From: Trypanosoma brucei
Taxonomy: Eukaryota
Direction: 5' to 3'
NCBI GenBank assembly: GCA_000002445.1
Contig: CM000208.1
Span: 448,001-512,000 of the forward strand
Length of the DNA: 64,000 bases
This document shows positions 21,094 through 32,121 of the stretch, piece after piece. The translations under genes and the position numbers were made by a program. The notes below the pieces were generated by a model. It saw nothing but the letters and a program-made list of their open reading frames with translations, did not search any database and was not told the DNA's origin. How positions within the stretch are numbered: position 1 is the first letter of the stretch; every line of letters begins with the position of its first letter.

Positions 21094-23438
21094 TCACTGC
21101 ATCGGTTAGTACACGCCAGGAGTAATATATATCGAGCAAGGATGCGTAAAGATAGCAGACTCGGAGGTGATGAATATACGGCGCACCGCTTGTGGGGTAC
21201 GCTTCTGTAAACAAATGAATGCCACCACGTACGCGACGGGCGCAACAGATATGATACACACAAGTTGAGGGAACTAAAACCCTTTTGAGGGGATACATAT
21301 CGTACAGTACCTTGCATGCGTGCGACTCTGTAGAGCCATCGGCTACGACTACTGACGTACCTGATCGCGTAGACTCATACTATCGACGATTCAAGAAACA
21401 ACTCCTCTTTCCATGACTCGTGTAAAAACAAAGTAGCCACAACTTTGTCCCTCCACCTGGTGGAAGGGATGCAGTTCACATACTGCGTACAACCCTAACC
21501 CTTTACTGATAGTTAATGCGTAGCAACAACCGCTGAGAAAAGCACAATAAGGAATTCATCACATCTCACACTGTCACATTCCATTGAATCTGAACCCCTC
21601 ATTGAGATTACACCCCTCCCCCATTTAGCACCCAACACATATCATCTAGCGCTAATGCGTCTGCTGTACTTCCAATAACAAGTAAAGCTCCACACATCTA
21701 GTGAAGTTGCATAGTGCAAACACCCTCCCATGCTCAGTGTAATCTTTCGTTAGGTCATCGCCCCTTTTGGTGTGCATACGAATCCTACCTAACTGCACCT
21801 TCACATCTTATTTTTCACCCCATCCTACTCAACCGTAGTACACAACGAACATACCCCTTGGTCATTTACCATATCTATTAATTATAAAAATAATTCAAAT
21901 AATTGTTGTCACTCTGCGTCCAGCACAGCTCATCCAGTTCGGATATGAAGGTGCAAACGAGTGGAATCGCGAAACCGCACGTGCTGACAGAGCAATAGGA
22001 ATTTCTCCACCCAGAGGCGTCATGAGCGTAAGCCTGGTGTATGATCCTTTCAGAGTGTATTTTGGAGCCGAGGAATTTATTTGAGCGATATCAATAATCA
22101 CTTCCCCCAGCCAGCCGGTTCAAATTACATCAACACTCAACTAATATACGTATAAACACGGATATCTCACGGATTATTAGTTAAGTATGTCGCAGTTCCA
22201 TTGCAGTTGGAGCATGAGGAAAATTAAGTGAGTATCCAATAATGGACCAAATCATACACAACATGAGCACCCTACATCCACTCCCTCTGAGCCTAACCTT
22301 ACAACCACATAGCAACCCGCCGCCCGGGGGGGGGCATCAGCAGAGAAAGTCTGCGATGTTCATATATATATATATATTTCCATTTTCGCCCTCTTTTAGG
22401 CGAAACTTTGTAATACAAACATCGTTCAACACGAGGATGACGAAAATGTTATTGAGTTATACTCAACAATTTATTGCGGCTCAAACACGGCTTGAGCGAA
22501 CATATCAGCCGTTAGATTGCGATAGAACCTGCATGCGCTAACTTCTCACCAAGCAGACAAAGAAAATGCGGAAGCACAACGACAGGTTTACAAGGGGTTG
22601 GATATATAATACAAAATATCGGATGATATCACCGCTGCCTTAGACGACCTCTATCCACAGTCCCGCCCAGTAAACATTAATAACTTTACACACACGCCAC
22701 ATTGTCGACGATACCATTAAAAAGGTAACGGAAAGACTACCGAAGGACAACACACTTCGAGAGATCCCCGCCTTTCAAAGGAAAGAATGCAATATATTCT
22801 CCCGTCACAGCGTCAACTTGCACAGCGCAATAAAACCTTACACAACAACCGCTTCTAAACTCATCTATAATCACTCTTCATTTACATTCGATCATTAGCG
22901 CAACACCAGCGATGGCAGTGACAACAAAACAAAAAAAATACTCAAATTTAAACATGAACCATTCAATATCGGAGGACAAGTTACAAATTGCAGATACAGA
23001 TTTTTAAAGTTAAAACATACATAAGTACTATTCAATGAGGTTTCAAATTATCTAAATCATCAATACATTGGAAATGACTACGCAGCGACACGTATTCATT
23101 CAAAAACAGCATCCGAAACTCACCTAAAAAAACAAAAGAAAAAAGAAAAAATAGGTAGCACCGCCGCTCCACCTACAAGTAAATCAGCTACTGAAGGTGG
23201 GAAAGTCCCTCCAAATGTGAGTTTAACCGCCACTGTGAGGTAATAAAGCAACGCCAGAAAACACACTTTATTCACTTTCCCTGATATGTAACAAAAAAGG
23301 GCCCTAGAAATAATAAACAGCTGAGAACCTCCGAGCAACCTACCAACGAGCCGATTGCTGTGCAAAGCTAGTGGAATTACGCTTCTCTGCATTTTCCAGC
23401 AACGATGTTTCAGACCTAACATATCCCACTTCGAAGGT

Positions 23439-24287
23439 ACCACCGCACAAAAAACATACCGTATCCGATGCGGCACAGCCGCCTGCACACGAAAAATAGA
23501 AGTACAAACAAACTTTTGGTCACCACACGTCTGCTCCTTTGGAAGCAGCAGCGCTCAGGGTACACCAAGCTACTTCACAACACCCGTTCATACAAGTAGC
23601 AGAACGAAATAAATGAGTAGCACCACGGTGCAGGACGTGAAGCAACGCAACCTAACCCACACAACGAAGTTTTGTCGCGGCAAGCGTCCCATCACGAGAA
23701 TAATAAAAGAGGAGTCCAATTCACCAGCAACTGGACGGACGCCCCATACCATGCCCAGCTCTTCCTTCCACCGCCCCACTCGTTGTGGTAACGACCCAAA
23801 CGATGGAGCCCTTTCCGACGGGGAAGTTCCTGCGGCACAACAGCCACACCCCGTAGAGCTCGCCAAGCTCCACACACACCAACACAGGGGTCCTGAAACC
23901 ACGAGATCTAACGGGGAGGGGCACAGCTCCCAACCTTCTTTCCTGAGTGGGAATAAAGCCTTAGTTAGCCTATCCAAAACAGGCGGTCAATCAGATTAAT
24001 GTTCGCGTGGGCCCCAAGCAAATCATGCCAAAAAAACTATGTGACCTCCGAATTGTTTACTTCGGAGCCCCCCCCCCCACCTCCGTTTTGTTTACCACCA
24101 GCTCTGACCAAATTCCTCCTCCCAAACGAGTGGCACCCCCTACTTCGGCACACCTGAGCGGTCCGCGACTGGTGTATTCCCCAAACCAGGCAAGGCTTCG
24201 GGGCCCGCTCAACCACGCGGTAGGGCACAGAGTCGTCGGGAGGGAGAAGTCATTCATGCTCGCCTTACAGAAGCACGTATTGGTCCT
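23439..24287. repeat. Left arm of a large near-perfect inverted repeat (~849 bp)
   Basis: Reverse complement of 25447-26300. Boundaries placed by direct comparison at both ends. Only a handful of substitutions and a 1-nt homopolymer length difference (~99% identity). ORFs on both strands of the arm are mirror duplicates and probably non-coding. Confidence 0.9.
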
Positions 24288-25446
24288 TTTGTTCACCTAT
24301 TTATGAGATGAGGCAGCTGTGGAGTTTGGAACGCCAGAACCTGGAGGAGGTGATTCGCAGCGTGGGAAAAGAGCTGCCGTTTTTTTTTTTTTTACCGTCT
24401 GTGTGAGACCGCCACCCTAACCACTGTTGACGCGATCTGACGTTGTGCCGGTGTTAAAGCACTGCCTTTTGGAGGCTATGCGGTGTGCTTTCCGACGGCC
24501 GAGTTGAGCGTCGACTGCAGTCACCATCAGCAGAGCATTTAAGTGAAAATGAACCGAAGGGACGGGAAGGTAGTTACTACCGTTTGTTTCTGGCGGTGGA
24601 ACTCGTACACACCACTGCCTTTAGATGCCACACACACACACAGGAACGTTAAGATAACCGCCAGAAATAGTCTACAATTAAAGCCTTTCGAGCCATTCCC
24701 TCATCGCACACACGCTTCGTTTTTCTTAGTGTAGGAGCCTCCCTCTGCCCCCTTGATTTCTTCTGTTTGAAAACATGCACCGGGCATCCTTCTTGCTGAA
24801 AACCACTTGGCTTCAATACAAATCAAATTCCTATACGGAGTCACAACCGAAGTTAGGACCCTCATGCAAGAGAAGGACCACACGTGTCCCTCTGCTAGTT
24901 CACTCCCGCGTGATAAACAGAAGATGCCCAAGAGGAACCGGACCCGCACGAATTGCAACATCGTCCGAACTAAGCCCTTTTCGCGGCAACCTACTATTGA
25001 GAAGTGCTTTGTAGCTGTTCGCTCCGGTTCGATCGCATTACCTCAGTTCTCAAAAGAACTTCAGCCCTGCACGATGATTTCGCTGTCGAGTGCCCCCAAC
25101 ACGTTCGTGGACAATGACGGCCTGGTGGAATAAGTACATTTTTTTTTGACTTTTCGTCACCTAGAGGGGGAAAGGATAGTATTTCAATGTTGAATCGACG
25201 GGCCCTCGCAGGTATTCCAAATCCCCTATTTTGCACTGCGGTGGCTAACCGTCCTTCATTATGGCAACTGCAGAGCAGTTCTCAAAGGCACCGTCTTCCA
25301 CGCCCATACTGGTTTGAATGAGGAGGCCTGTGGCGAACCGCACCATCTTTTATCGTTCGTTTTTACTCTTCAATATGCGTCCAACACAGGAAGTTAAGTA
25401 ACATCATCGTATTGCCATGCCCCCCAAAATAATAATAAGGGGTTAT

Positions 25447-26300
25447 TAAAAGGACCAATACGTGCTTCTGTAAGGCGAGCATGAATGACTTCCCCCTCCC
25501 GACGACTCTGTGCCCTACCGCGTGGTTGAGCGGGCCCCGAAGCCTTGCCTGGTTTGGGGAATACACCAGTCGCGGACCGCTCAGGTGTGCCGAAGTAGGG
25601 GGTGCCACTCGTTTGGGAGGAGGAATTTGGTCAGAGCTGGTGGTAAACAAAACGGAGGTGGGGGGGGGGGGCTCCGAAGTAAACAATTCGGAGGTCGCAT
25701 AGTTTTTTTGGCATGATTTGCTTGGGGCCCACGCGAACATTAATCTGATTGACCGCCTGTTTTGGATAGACTAACTAAGGCTTTATTCCCACTCAGGAAA
25801 GAAGGTTGGGAGCTGTGCCCCTCCCCGTTAGATCTCGTGGTTTCAGGACCCCTGTGTTGGTGTGTGTGGAGCTTGGCGAGCTCTACGGGGTGTGGCTGTT
25901 GTGCCGCAGGAACTTCCCCGTCGGAAAGGGCTCCATCGTTTGGGTCGTTACCACAACGAGTGGGGCGATGGAAGGAAGAGCTGGGCATGGTATGGGGCGT
26001 CCGTCCAGTTGCTGGTGAATTGGACTCCTCTTTTATTATTCTCGTGATGGGACGCTTGCCGCGACAAAACTTCGTTGTGTGGGTTAAGTTGCGTTGCTTC
26101 ACGTCCTGCACCGTGGTGCTACTCATTTATTTCGTTCTGCTACTTGTATGAACGGGTGTTGTGAGGTAGCTTGGTGTACCTTGAGCGCTGCTGCTTCCAA
26201 AGGAGCAGACGTGTGGTGACCAAAAGTTTGTTTGTACTTCTATTTTTCGTGTGCAGGCGGCTGTGCCGCATCGGATACGGTATGTTTTTTGTGCGGTGGT
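25447..26300. repeat. Right arm of the inverted repeat (~854 bp); spacer 24288-25446 (~1.16 kb)
   Basis: See left arm. The duplicated ORF translations (e.g. the 128-aa MSSTTVQDVKQ... on + at 23613 and on - at 25740) confirm the reverse-complement relationship. Confidence 0.9.
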
Positions 26301-27124
26301 GAGTGGTCGTGCCAGGGTGTTGCTGGGAGCAATGTTGCATGTCTTGCGGTGGTGTTCGCCTGGCCTGATGTTGTCATACTCCTTTATTTTGTTATGACAT
26401 GTAACGCTTGTTGTGATGTTGGCATTTATTTTTGTAAGTGGCTGGTGTGTGAAAGGCGCCACTTTCAATAAGTCCCCCCTTTCTGATGTGTTACATTCCC
26501 TTGTTTGTATTTCTGCCGACCGGTTATAACATTGGTATGCAGGGTTACACACAGGTTGTTTCTTTGGCTTGGTGAATGTATGTTGATGTCGAAAAACCGA
26601 TGTTTACAAGAGTGGTAACCCTTTTTTCCCGGTGGCCTAGACGACACTAGCTCACTGTAGTATATATATGCGTGTGTGCGCATGTGTGGTGATATTGAAA
26701 CTCTTCTTGATGTTATCAAGTGCGTAGGTGTGGGACGCATGGACACTCGCACACATCCTTTTCAGCCTGTATTTACTCAAACTAAAATGTTTTTTAGTAG
26801 AATTATATTTTTAATGTTGTGGTGCTAAGGAAAAAAAAAAAGGATGTACTGGTGTTGTATGCAGGTGCTGCTAAACGCATGGTCGGGACAGTTGTTACTT
26901 TGCTGATTTTCTTGCTGTGCTGTATGGGCACTTGCTTGGTGTAGGCAGGTGTGCAGGCCATGGATGCTGTTGTCTTATGTGCTATATTTCTCTCCTAAGT
27001 CAGTTTTTTCTCCAGTACTTTGTTACATTAGGGAAGGGGCTAGTGGATTTGCGCGCAAACTTTATTTTCCCTTCATTTTCTTGAAGAGATCAATAAACGG
27101 TGTAACACACAGTAGTGGCTTGAA

Positions 27125-28150
27125 ATGTCCTTCTCCAGTGACGAGAAGAAACCCACGCGGACGCGTGGTGGTGGAGCTCTTACGGATCCTCACGCTGTAA
27201 AGTTGCACGGTAATGATTTTTCCTTGGATGAAAAATTGGGTGGACTGGCCCCCGAGGAGCGCAAAGTGGTCGCAGAATACATTGAAAAATGCGAAGAAAC
27301 CCTTCTCCAACTTAGCAAGAGAGGCTGCAATACTCCTATCATTCCTTTTAACAGTGAGAACCACTCCTGGGACTCTCTTTACAAGGTTAATAAGAGGCAT
27401 TTCCCTCTTAAAAATTACATTATTCTAGCATTTCCTCTGCTAAAGTCAATATGTTGTGGGCCAAAGCGTGAAAGCAAGTACATTGTTGAATGCGGTTGCG
27501 GGACAGGGAGTACACTGCTACCAATAATGAATCAGTTCAAAGACGGAGTTCACTTCATTGGATTTGATGTATCCACCGCTGCTGTATCAGCGTTGTTGGA
27601 ACACCCGATTGCCAGTGATTTTAGTGCAGAGGGGCGACTGACCGTTTTCCCCTATGACTTGTGCTACGGCCGTGTCAGTGCGTCTGAGGATTGTAGGAGG
27701 ACTAAGTTCAAAACGGAATGTGGTACCTTGAAAACTACTTTGTTGGAAAAAGTGCCTGGTTGCTCTAAAGGTGTGGACGCAGCTATCTTAGTTTTCGTCC
27801 TTTCGTCGTTGCCTACCATTGAGTGCATGCTCTATGCGTTGACGGAGATTAAGAGCATACTCCATAATGATGGTATTCTTTTGTTTCGTGATTACGCTGT
27901 TCCCGATCATAATCTCTTTCGATTCGTCCGGCAACAAAACAAAAAACATAACGATTTGAGTTTTTGTAAAGGCGATGGAACCTTGCAAATGTTTTTTGAG
28001 CTGAACTTCACAAGAAAGTTGTTTGCGTTAGCGGGGTTGAAGGAGGTCGAGGGTCACGGATTGCAATACCATTGTAACCGCATTGTTAATAGAAAGAACA
28101 GTAAAAGAATGGATAAGATATTCATAAATGGCAGCTTTTGTTTATCTTAA
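27125..28150 (+). CDS. Class I SAM-dependent methyltransferase of the METTL2/METTL6/Trm140 family (candidate tRNA m3C methyltransferase)
   Basis: ATG confirmed. SAM motif I IVECGCGTGSTLLPIM closely matches the METTL2/6 ILEVGCG(A/V)GN(S/T)VFPIL signature. Length and layout fit. Confidence 0.7.
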   Translation: MSFSSDEKKPTRTRGGGALTDPHAVKLHGNDFSLDEKLGGLAPEERKVVAEYIEKCEETLLQLSKRGCNTPIIPFNSENHSWDSLYKVNKRHFPLKNYIILAFPLLKSICCGPKRESKYIVECGCGTGSTLLPIMNQFKDGVHFIGFDVSTAAVSALLEHPIASDFSAEGRLTVFPYDLCYGRVSASEDCRRTKFKTECGTLKTTLLEKVPGCSKGVDAAILVFVLSSLPTIECMLYALTEIKSILHNDGILLFRDYAVPDHNLFRFVRQQNKKHNDLSFCKGDGTLQMFFELNFTRKLFALAGLKEVEGHGLQYHCNRIVNRKNSKRMDKIFINGSFCLS

Positions 28151-28405
28151 GGAGCGTTTTTGTGTATGTTTGTGCGCGTAACTATTTTTTGGATGCTTGG
28201 AAATCCTTAAGAGAGCGATATATTTACGCACGGGTCAGTGTTGATTGTACTTGCTATTTGCATATCGGTACCCTAAAAATTTTTACACCTGTTCACTCGC
28301 TTAGTCGTTTCTCGTGTGTGACGAGCATAGTTGGTTTCTAGCGTATCTCTACGTCTGCAAAGTGATAACCCTTTCCTCCGTGAAGAGGATTGATCGCGCA
28401 TAAAT

Positions 28406-28726
28406 ATGGAGGAAGCGGCTGCTGAGGGCATGCCGCTCTCACAAGAGCAAGGTGAACAGAAGCGTTTCGTGTTAAAACGGTGGAACGCGGTAGCGCTGTG
28501 GTCATGGGATATCGAAGTGGATACGTGTGCCATTTGCCGCAATCACGTCATGGACTTGTGTATTGAATGCCAAGCGAGTTCTAATGGACCTCGCACAAAT
28601 TGCAACATTGCGTGGGGTGTTTGCAATCACGCGTTTCATACTCATTGTATTTCGCGTTGGTTGAAGACCCGCAATGTGTGCCCCTTAGACAACAAGGAAT
28701 GGTCGTACCAGAAGTTAGGAGTGTAG
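28406..28726 (+). CDS. RBX1: RING-box protein 1 (RBX1/ROC1), cullin-RING E3 ligase subunit
   Basis: Near-colinear match to RBX1: [39 protein letters not shown]...[31 protein letters not shown]. Confidence 0.92.
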   Translation: MEEAAAEGMPLSQEQGEQKRFVLKRWNAVALWSWDIEVDTCAICRNHVMDLCIECQASSNGPRTNCNIAWGVCNHAFHTHCISRWLKTRNVCPLDNKEWSYQKLGV

Positions 28727-28861
28727 CGGACATCTGTCTCAGGTCATAAAAAGGTTTCTTATTCTCCTCGTTACCTTCAGGTAGATACACTTCCACTTCT
28801 TTTAGCCCGATCGGGGGAAGGTTATGATATGCTAGGTTGATTTCTTTCTGCCTTCTCGCCA

Positions 28862-29764
28862 ATGGTTACACCTCAGTTTGTGCAACAGAACTCTTCTCTC
28901 GCCTCAGGTTTTTGGGATTCTTTTGCCCTATACTTTTCCCTAATTTCTCTTGATGTGGTGGTGGAGGGAATGATGAAGAGAACAATATTACAAAGATGCA
29001 TACAAAATAAGTCGCTCGAAATAGCACGTATTTCTCGGAGTGATATTAATAGTCGAGCTCATTTGCCTTTTAACTTCGATGTATGTTACGAGCTGGGCTC
29101 ACGTGAGTTTACATTATTCTCAAGTGTGGGTAGCACATCAGTTTTGGTCTTTTGTAACGTTTCTAGTCGGCGGCTGCGTTCGGTGAAGGGAGGACAGGGT
29201 GAGACTGAATTCCCTCCGAAAAGGTTAAATGTGAAGAGGCGTCGGCAAAGCGGTAGCGCGGATCGCTCTCCTGTGGTATTTTCTGCATTTGTGTCGATGC
29301 CCACGTCAGGACTCACAATTGAAGCATTGTGTTGTAGCTCACTTGGGCTTCTGGTTGTTGATGGCGTCTCATTTCACCAGGGGCCGCTGACGGAATCAAT
29401 GATACCTCAAGACGCACATCCGGGCCCCGAAGGTCATTATCAAGGACCGCTGCTGAATCAGAGGTCGTTGGCGGAGATGGTAGTCAACACTCGAGGCTGC
29501 ATAACTTCTGTTGATCCTTTTCGGCAACAAGAATCATTTTTTGATGGGCATGTGAATCCATGGAATGCGCGCTCCTTGAGGTTTGGTCACGTGCCTGTAC
29601 ACACCGCAAAGCCGGGGTTTTCGGACGCTCTTTGCCACTTTCTTGAGGTGTTTGGGGTTAATGATGAGCTAGCCTTCTTTGTAGAGGACTTTGCACACTT
29701 GGTACATAGGGAAGAGGAAACAGCTTGGACTAACGTCCTGAAAACTATGATGGGAGGCAGGTGA
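28862..29764 (+). CDS. Hypothetical protein (300 aa)
   Basis: ATG-initiated ORF on the cluster strand with polypyrimidine tracts and AG upstream (28745-28860). No motifs. Confidence 0.4.
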   Translation: MVTPQFVQQNSSLASGFWDSFALYFSLISLDVVVEGMMKRTILQRCIQNKSLEIARISRSDINSRAHLPFNFDVCYELGSREFTLFSSVGSTSVLVFCNVSSRRLRSVKGGQGETEFPPKRLNVKRRRQSGSADRSPVVFSAFVSMPTSGLTIEALCCSSLGLLVVDGVSFHQGPLTESMIPQDAHPGPEGHYQGPLLNQRSLAEMVVNTRGCITSVDPFRQQESFFDGHVNPWNARSLRFGHVPVHTAKPGFSDALCHFLEVFGVNDELAFFVEDFAHLVHREEETAWTNVLKTMMGGR

Positions 29765-31251
29765 TACTGCTGTAGCATGTGCCACTGCGTTATTTTCCAA
29801 TCTCAAGTGCTGATGGATGACGCATCGAAGAAGAAGAAGTTTCTGTTCTGGTTGTAGCTATTATCATCTTTTTTGTAAAAAAAAGGTCTGCCACATGGTG
29901 TTCCGTCAGTCTGTCAATTGCAAAGCACTTCTCCCCTACTGCCATGCATCGGGTGAGATGTTGACCGAACCAGCGAAATTTCTCCATTTTCTGCCTAGAG
30001 GTTGTCCGCGGTTTAAAAATTGGGGTGAAAAGAAGATGAAGAAATTACTTGGTGGGGAAATCGGTCTCCCATATTGTTATGCCGTGCACCCTCAGTGTCT
30101 GTGCAGCCACCGAAGCCAAGCGAGGAAAGTTGCCGCATTGAACAATTTCACGTTTCTTGTAACGTTAGGAGGTTGTTTCGGATGTTTTTCACTTGTTCTT
30201 TTTTTTTTTGGTACCGGAAAATGAGAGAACAAACACGAAAGGCATCCGCTACATCTCTCTATTTCGTGTGGGCTGGGGAGATTGACTGCTAGATCTACCA
30301 CAATTCCCTAACACCCTGGTTTCAGGCACTGTGGTACCGCCAATCAGCGGATGGTGTCTGAAACAGTTGGTGCGCCACTACTGATGCAGCTTTGTCGTTT
30401 CCTTGACCAATCTGCTTAAGCATCAGATTGGAAGAGATAATGCCCTTCAACGTAAGGTGTTACGAAACGAAGAAGCTCTTGAGTAGGAGTTGTACGAAAA
30501 TTCTGGGGGTACAGTTGCCCGTGCAACTTCTGTTATCCAGGTACTGGGCGCCAAGGTCGCGCTATCCCCGGGTACTTTGTGTCTTTGCGATAACGATGGG
30601 CAGTGTTGCAGCCTCTGCGTGAGATGGGACACGTAAAGACGTTGTTGAAGGGATTTATGGTAATTGAAAGGGTATTTGCGCGCCATGCAGTTGGATTTTA
30701 GTGTTTCGTCGTTGAACTGGATATCGCTGCCCGAGGGTGCATTCTGTATTTTGAAATTTTCGCATGCTTATGTGTCGTTACATGATTAAATGCTTGCCAG
30801 CTAATCGCAAGACTGCTACTGCGGTGAGGAGGCGTTGCACATATGGGTCACATGTTTGCGGTCGCCAAGAACTATTTCCTGTATTGTGTTAACTATTATG
30901 TGGTAATATGGGTTGGTATGTTTTTTGCTTGCTAATACAAGACCACACGGGCTGCTGGTGCGGCCTTGAAATATATTCAGGGTGCTGTTTCGCTTAACAG
31001 TGGCACTACTCCCTTTCTCAGAATATAAGATATGCAAGTTTCTGGAATAAAGGAGGTTACCCAGTGCCATTTTTAAATTGCGTTCCGCAGCATATCGATC
31101 GTAGCGTATATTGTTTCGCACGCGTAGCGTTGAAAAGAATGTCGAGATGTCACTGAGTAGTGAATTCTGTATGCCTATTTAGGCAGTGTTGTTACCCTGA
31201 CTTATTCTTGTTTACTAGAACGCTTCTGGTCCGTAGTCTTATAGGGTAATC

Positions 31252-31944
31252 ATGTCGTCTCTGCAAGATCCTTTCGATGAGTCCGTCAGCGACGTGAGGG
31301 AACTCATTGTGAAGGCCAGGAGTATACGGGAAGCTATACAGGCTAAGGGGTTAATTGCCAGCGATGCTGTCACGGAACTCGGTACCGTTGTGGATTCTGT
31401 AAAGGAGGAACTGATGCTTCTTAACGACGTACTGCGCGTCATCGAGCAGAAAAATGGCAGAGTTGGGGAAGAAGTTCTTTCTGTAAACGAGGTTGTTCGG
31501 CGGCAGACAGTTGTTCGCGAACTTGAGATCGATTTAAAAGACATTTGCGCATTTCGTGAGTTCGCGGAATCACGAGTCACGGAAAACGACGTTTCTAATC
31601 TTGACCGAGGTCCAGCCGAAGGTAGCCACGGTGATACATTTTATTTGCGTCAGGAACGGGTACAAAGGGAGGAGCAGGCACAGCAGGACGTAATATTGGA
31701 CAGGCTTTCGCATGGCCTCCAGGAGCTTAGGGAAACGGGTATCAACGTGAATGACGAGCTTCAGCAGCAGGACAATTTGCTAAGCATTATTCAGGTGGAT
31801 GTCGAGGGCGTTCAAGCGCGTTTGCGCGTAGTTAACGCTAAAGTTGACAAGATGCTCGCAGACATGTCGTCGAGGAGTAAGATTTGCTCCTTATTGGGAC
31901 TCGCACTAGTGGCATTGCTCCTCTTCTATTGTGTCTTTAGTTGA
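31252..31944 (+). CDS. Q-SNARE (syntaxin-6/8-like t-SNARE) with C-terminal transmembrane anchor
   Basis: Heptad-repeat SNARE motif QQDVILDRLSHGLQELRETGINVNDELQQQDNLLSIIQVDVEGVQARLRVVNAKVDKM with a central Q, followed by a hydrophobic tail ICSLLGLALVALLLFYCVFS. Confidence 0.8.
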   Translation: MSSLQDPFDESVSDVRELIVKARSIREAIQAKGLIASDAVTELGTVVDSVKEELMLLNDVLRVIEQKNGRVGEEVLSVNEVVRRQTVVRELEIDLKDICAFREFAESRVTENDVSNLDRGPAEGSHGDTFYLRQERVQREEQAQQDVILDRLSHGLQELRETGINVNDELQQQDNLLSIIQVDVEGVQARLRVVNAKVDKMLADMSSRSKICSLLGLALVALLLFYCVFS

Positions 31945-32121
31945 AGTTCGTTGCTTTTTTTGTTTCCTTTCCAATCATTTGTCCATCGCAGCATCCAAGG
32001 GTGCGTGTTTGTGCATATAAAGGAGAGTTCCTAACCTCCTACGGTTTTCTTCTCGCTCATCACTTACGATTACTGTGCAATTTTCACATTTGATAGTACA
32101 CGCATACTTGAACTATACGGA

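Noticed and set aside
23613-23999. 128-aa and 129-aa ORFs on opposite strands inside each inverted-repeat arm (also 25740-26151)
   Set aside because: Both strands of the same segment are open. The translations are low-complexity and simply duplicated by the repeat. No evidence of coding.
25020-25050. tRNA-like T-loop motif GCTCCGGTTCGATCGC in the inverted-repeat spacer
   Set aside because: Flanking sequence cannot form T-stem or acceptor-stem pairings, so it is not a tRNA. No convincing tRNA or SL RNA gene was found in either strand-switch region by eye, though a tRNAscan run is still warranted.
29817-30224. 135-aa Cys/basic-rich + strand ORF between the 28862 gene and the SNARE gene
   Set aside because: Short, with no motifs. 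It sits in a region otherwise resembling UTR with polypyrimidine tracts. Kept as non-coding.
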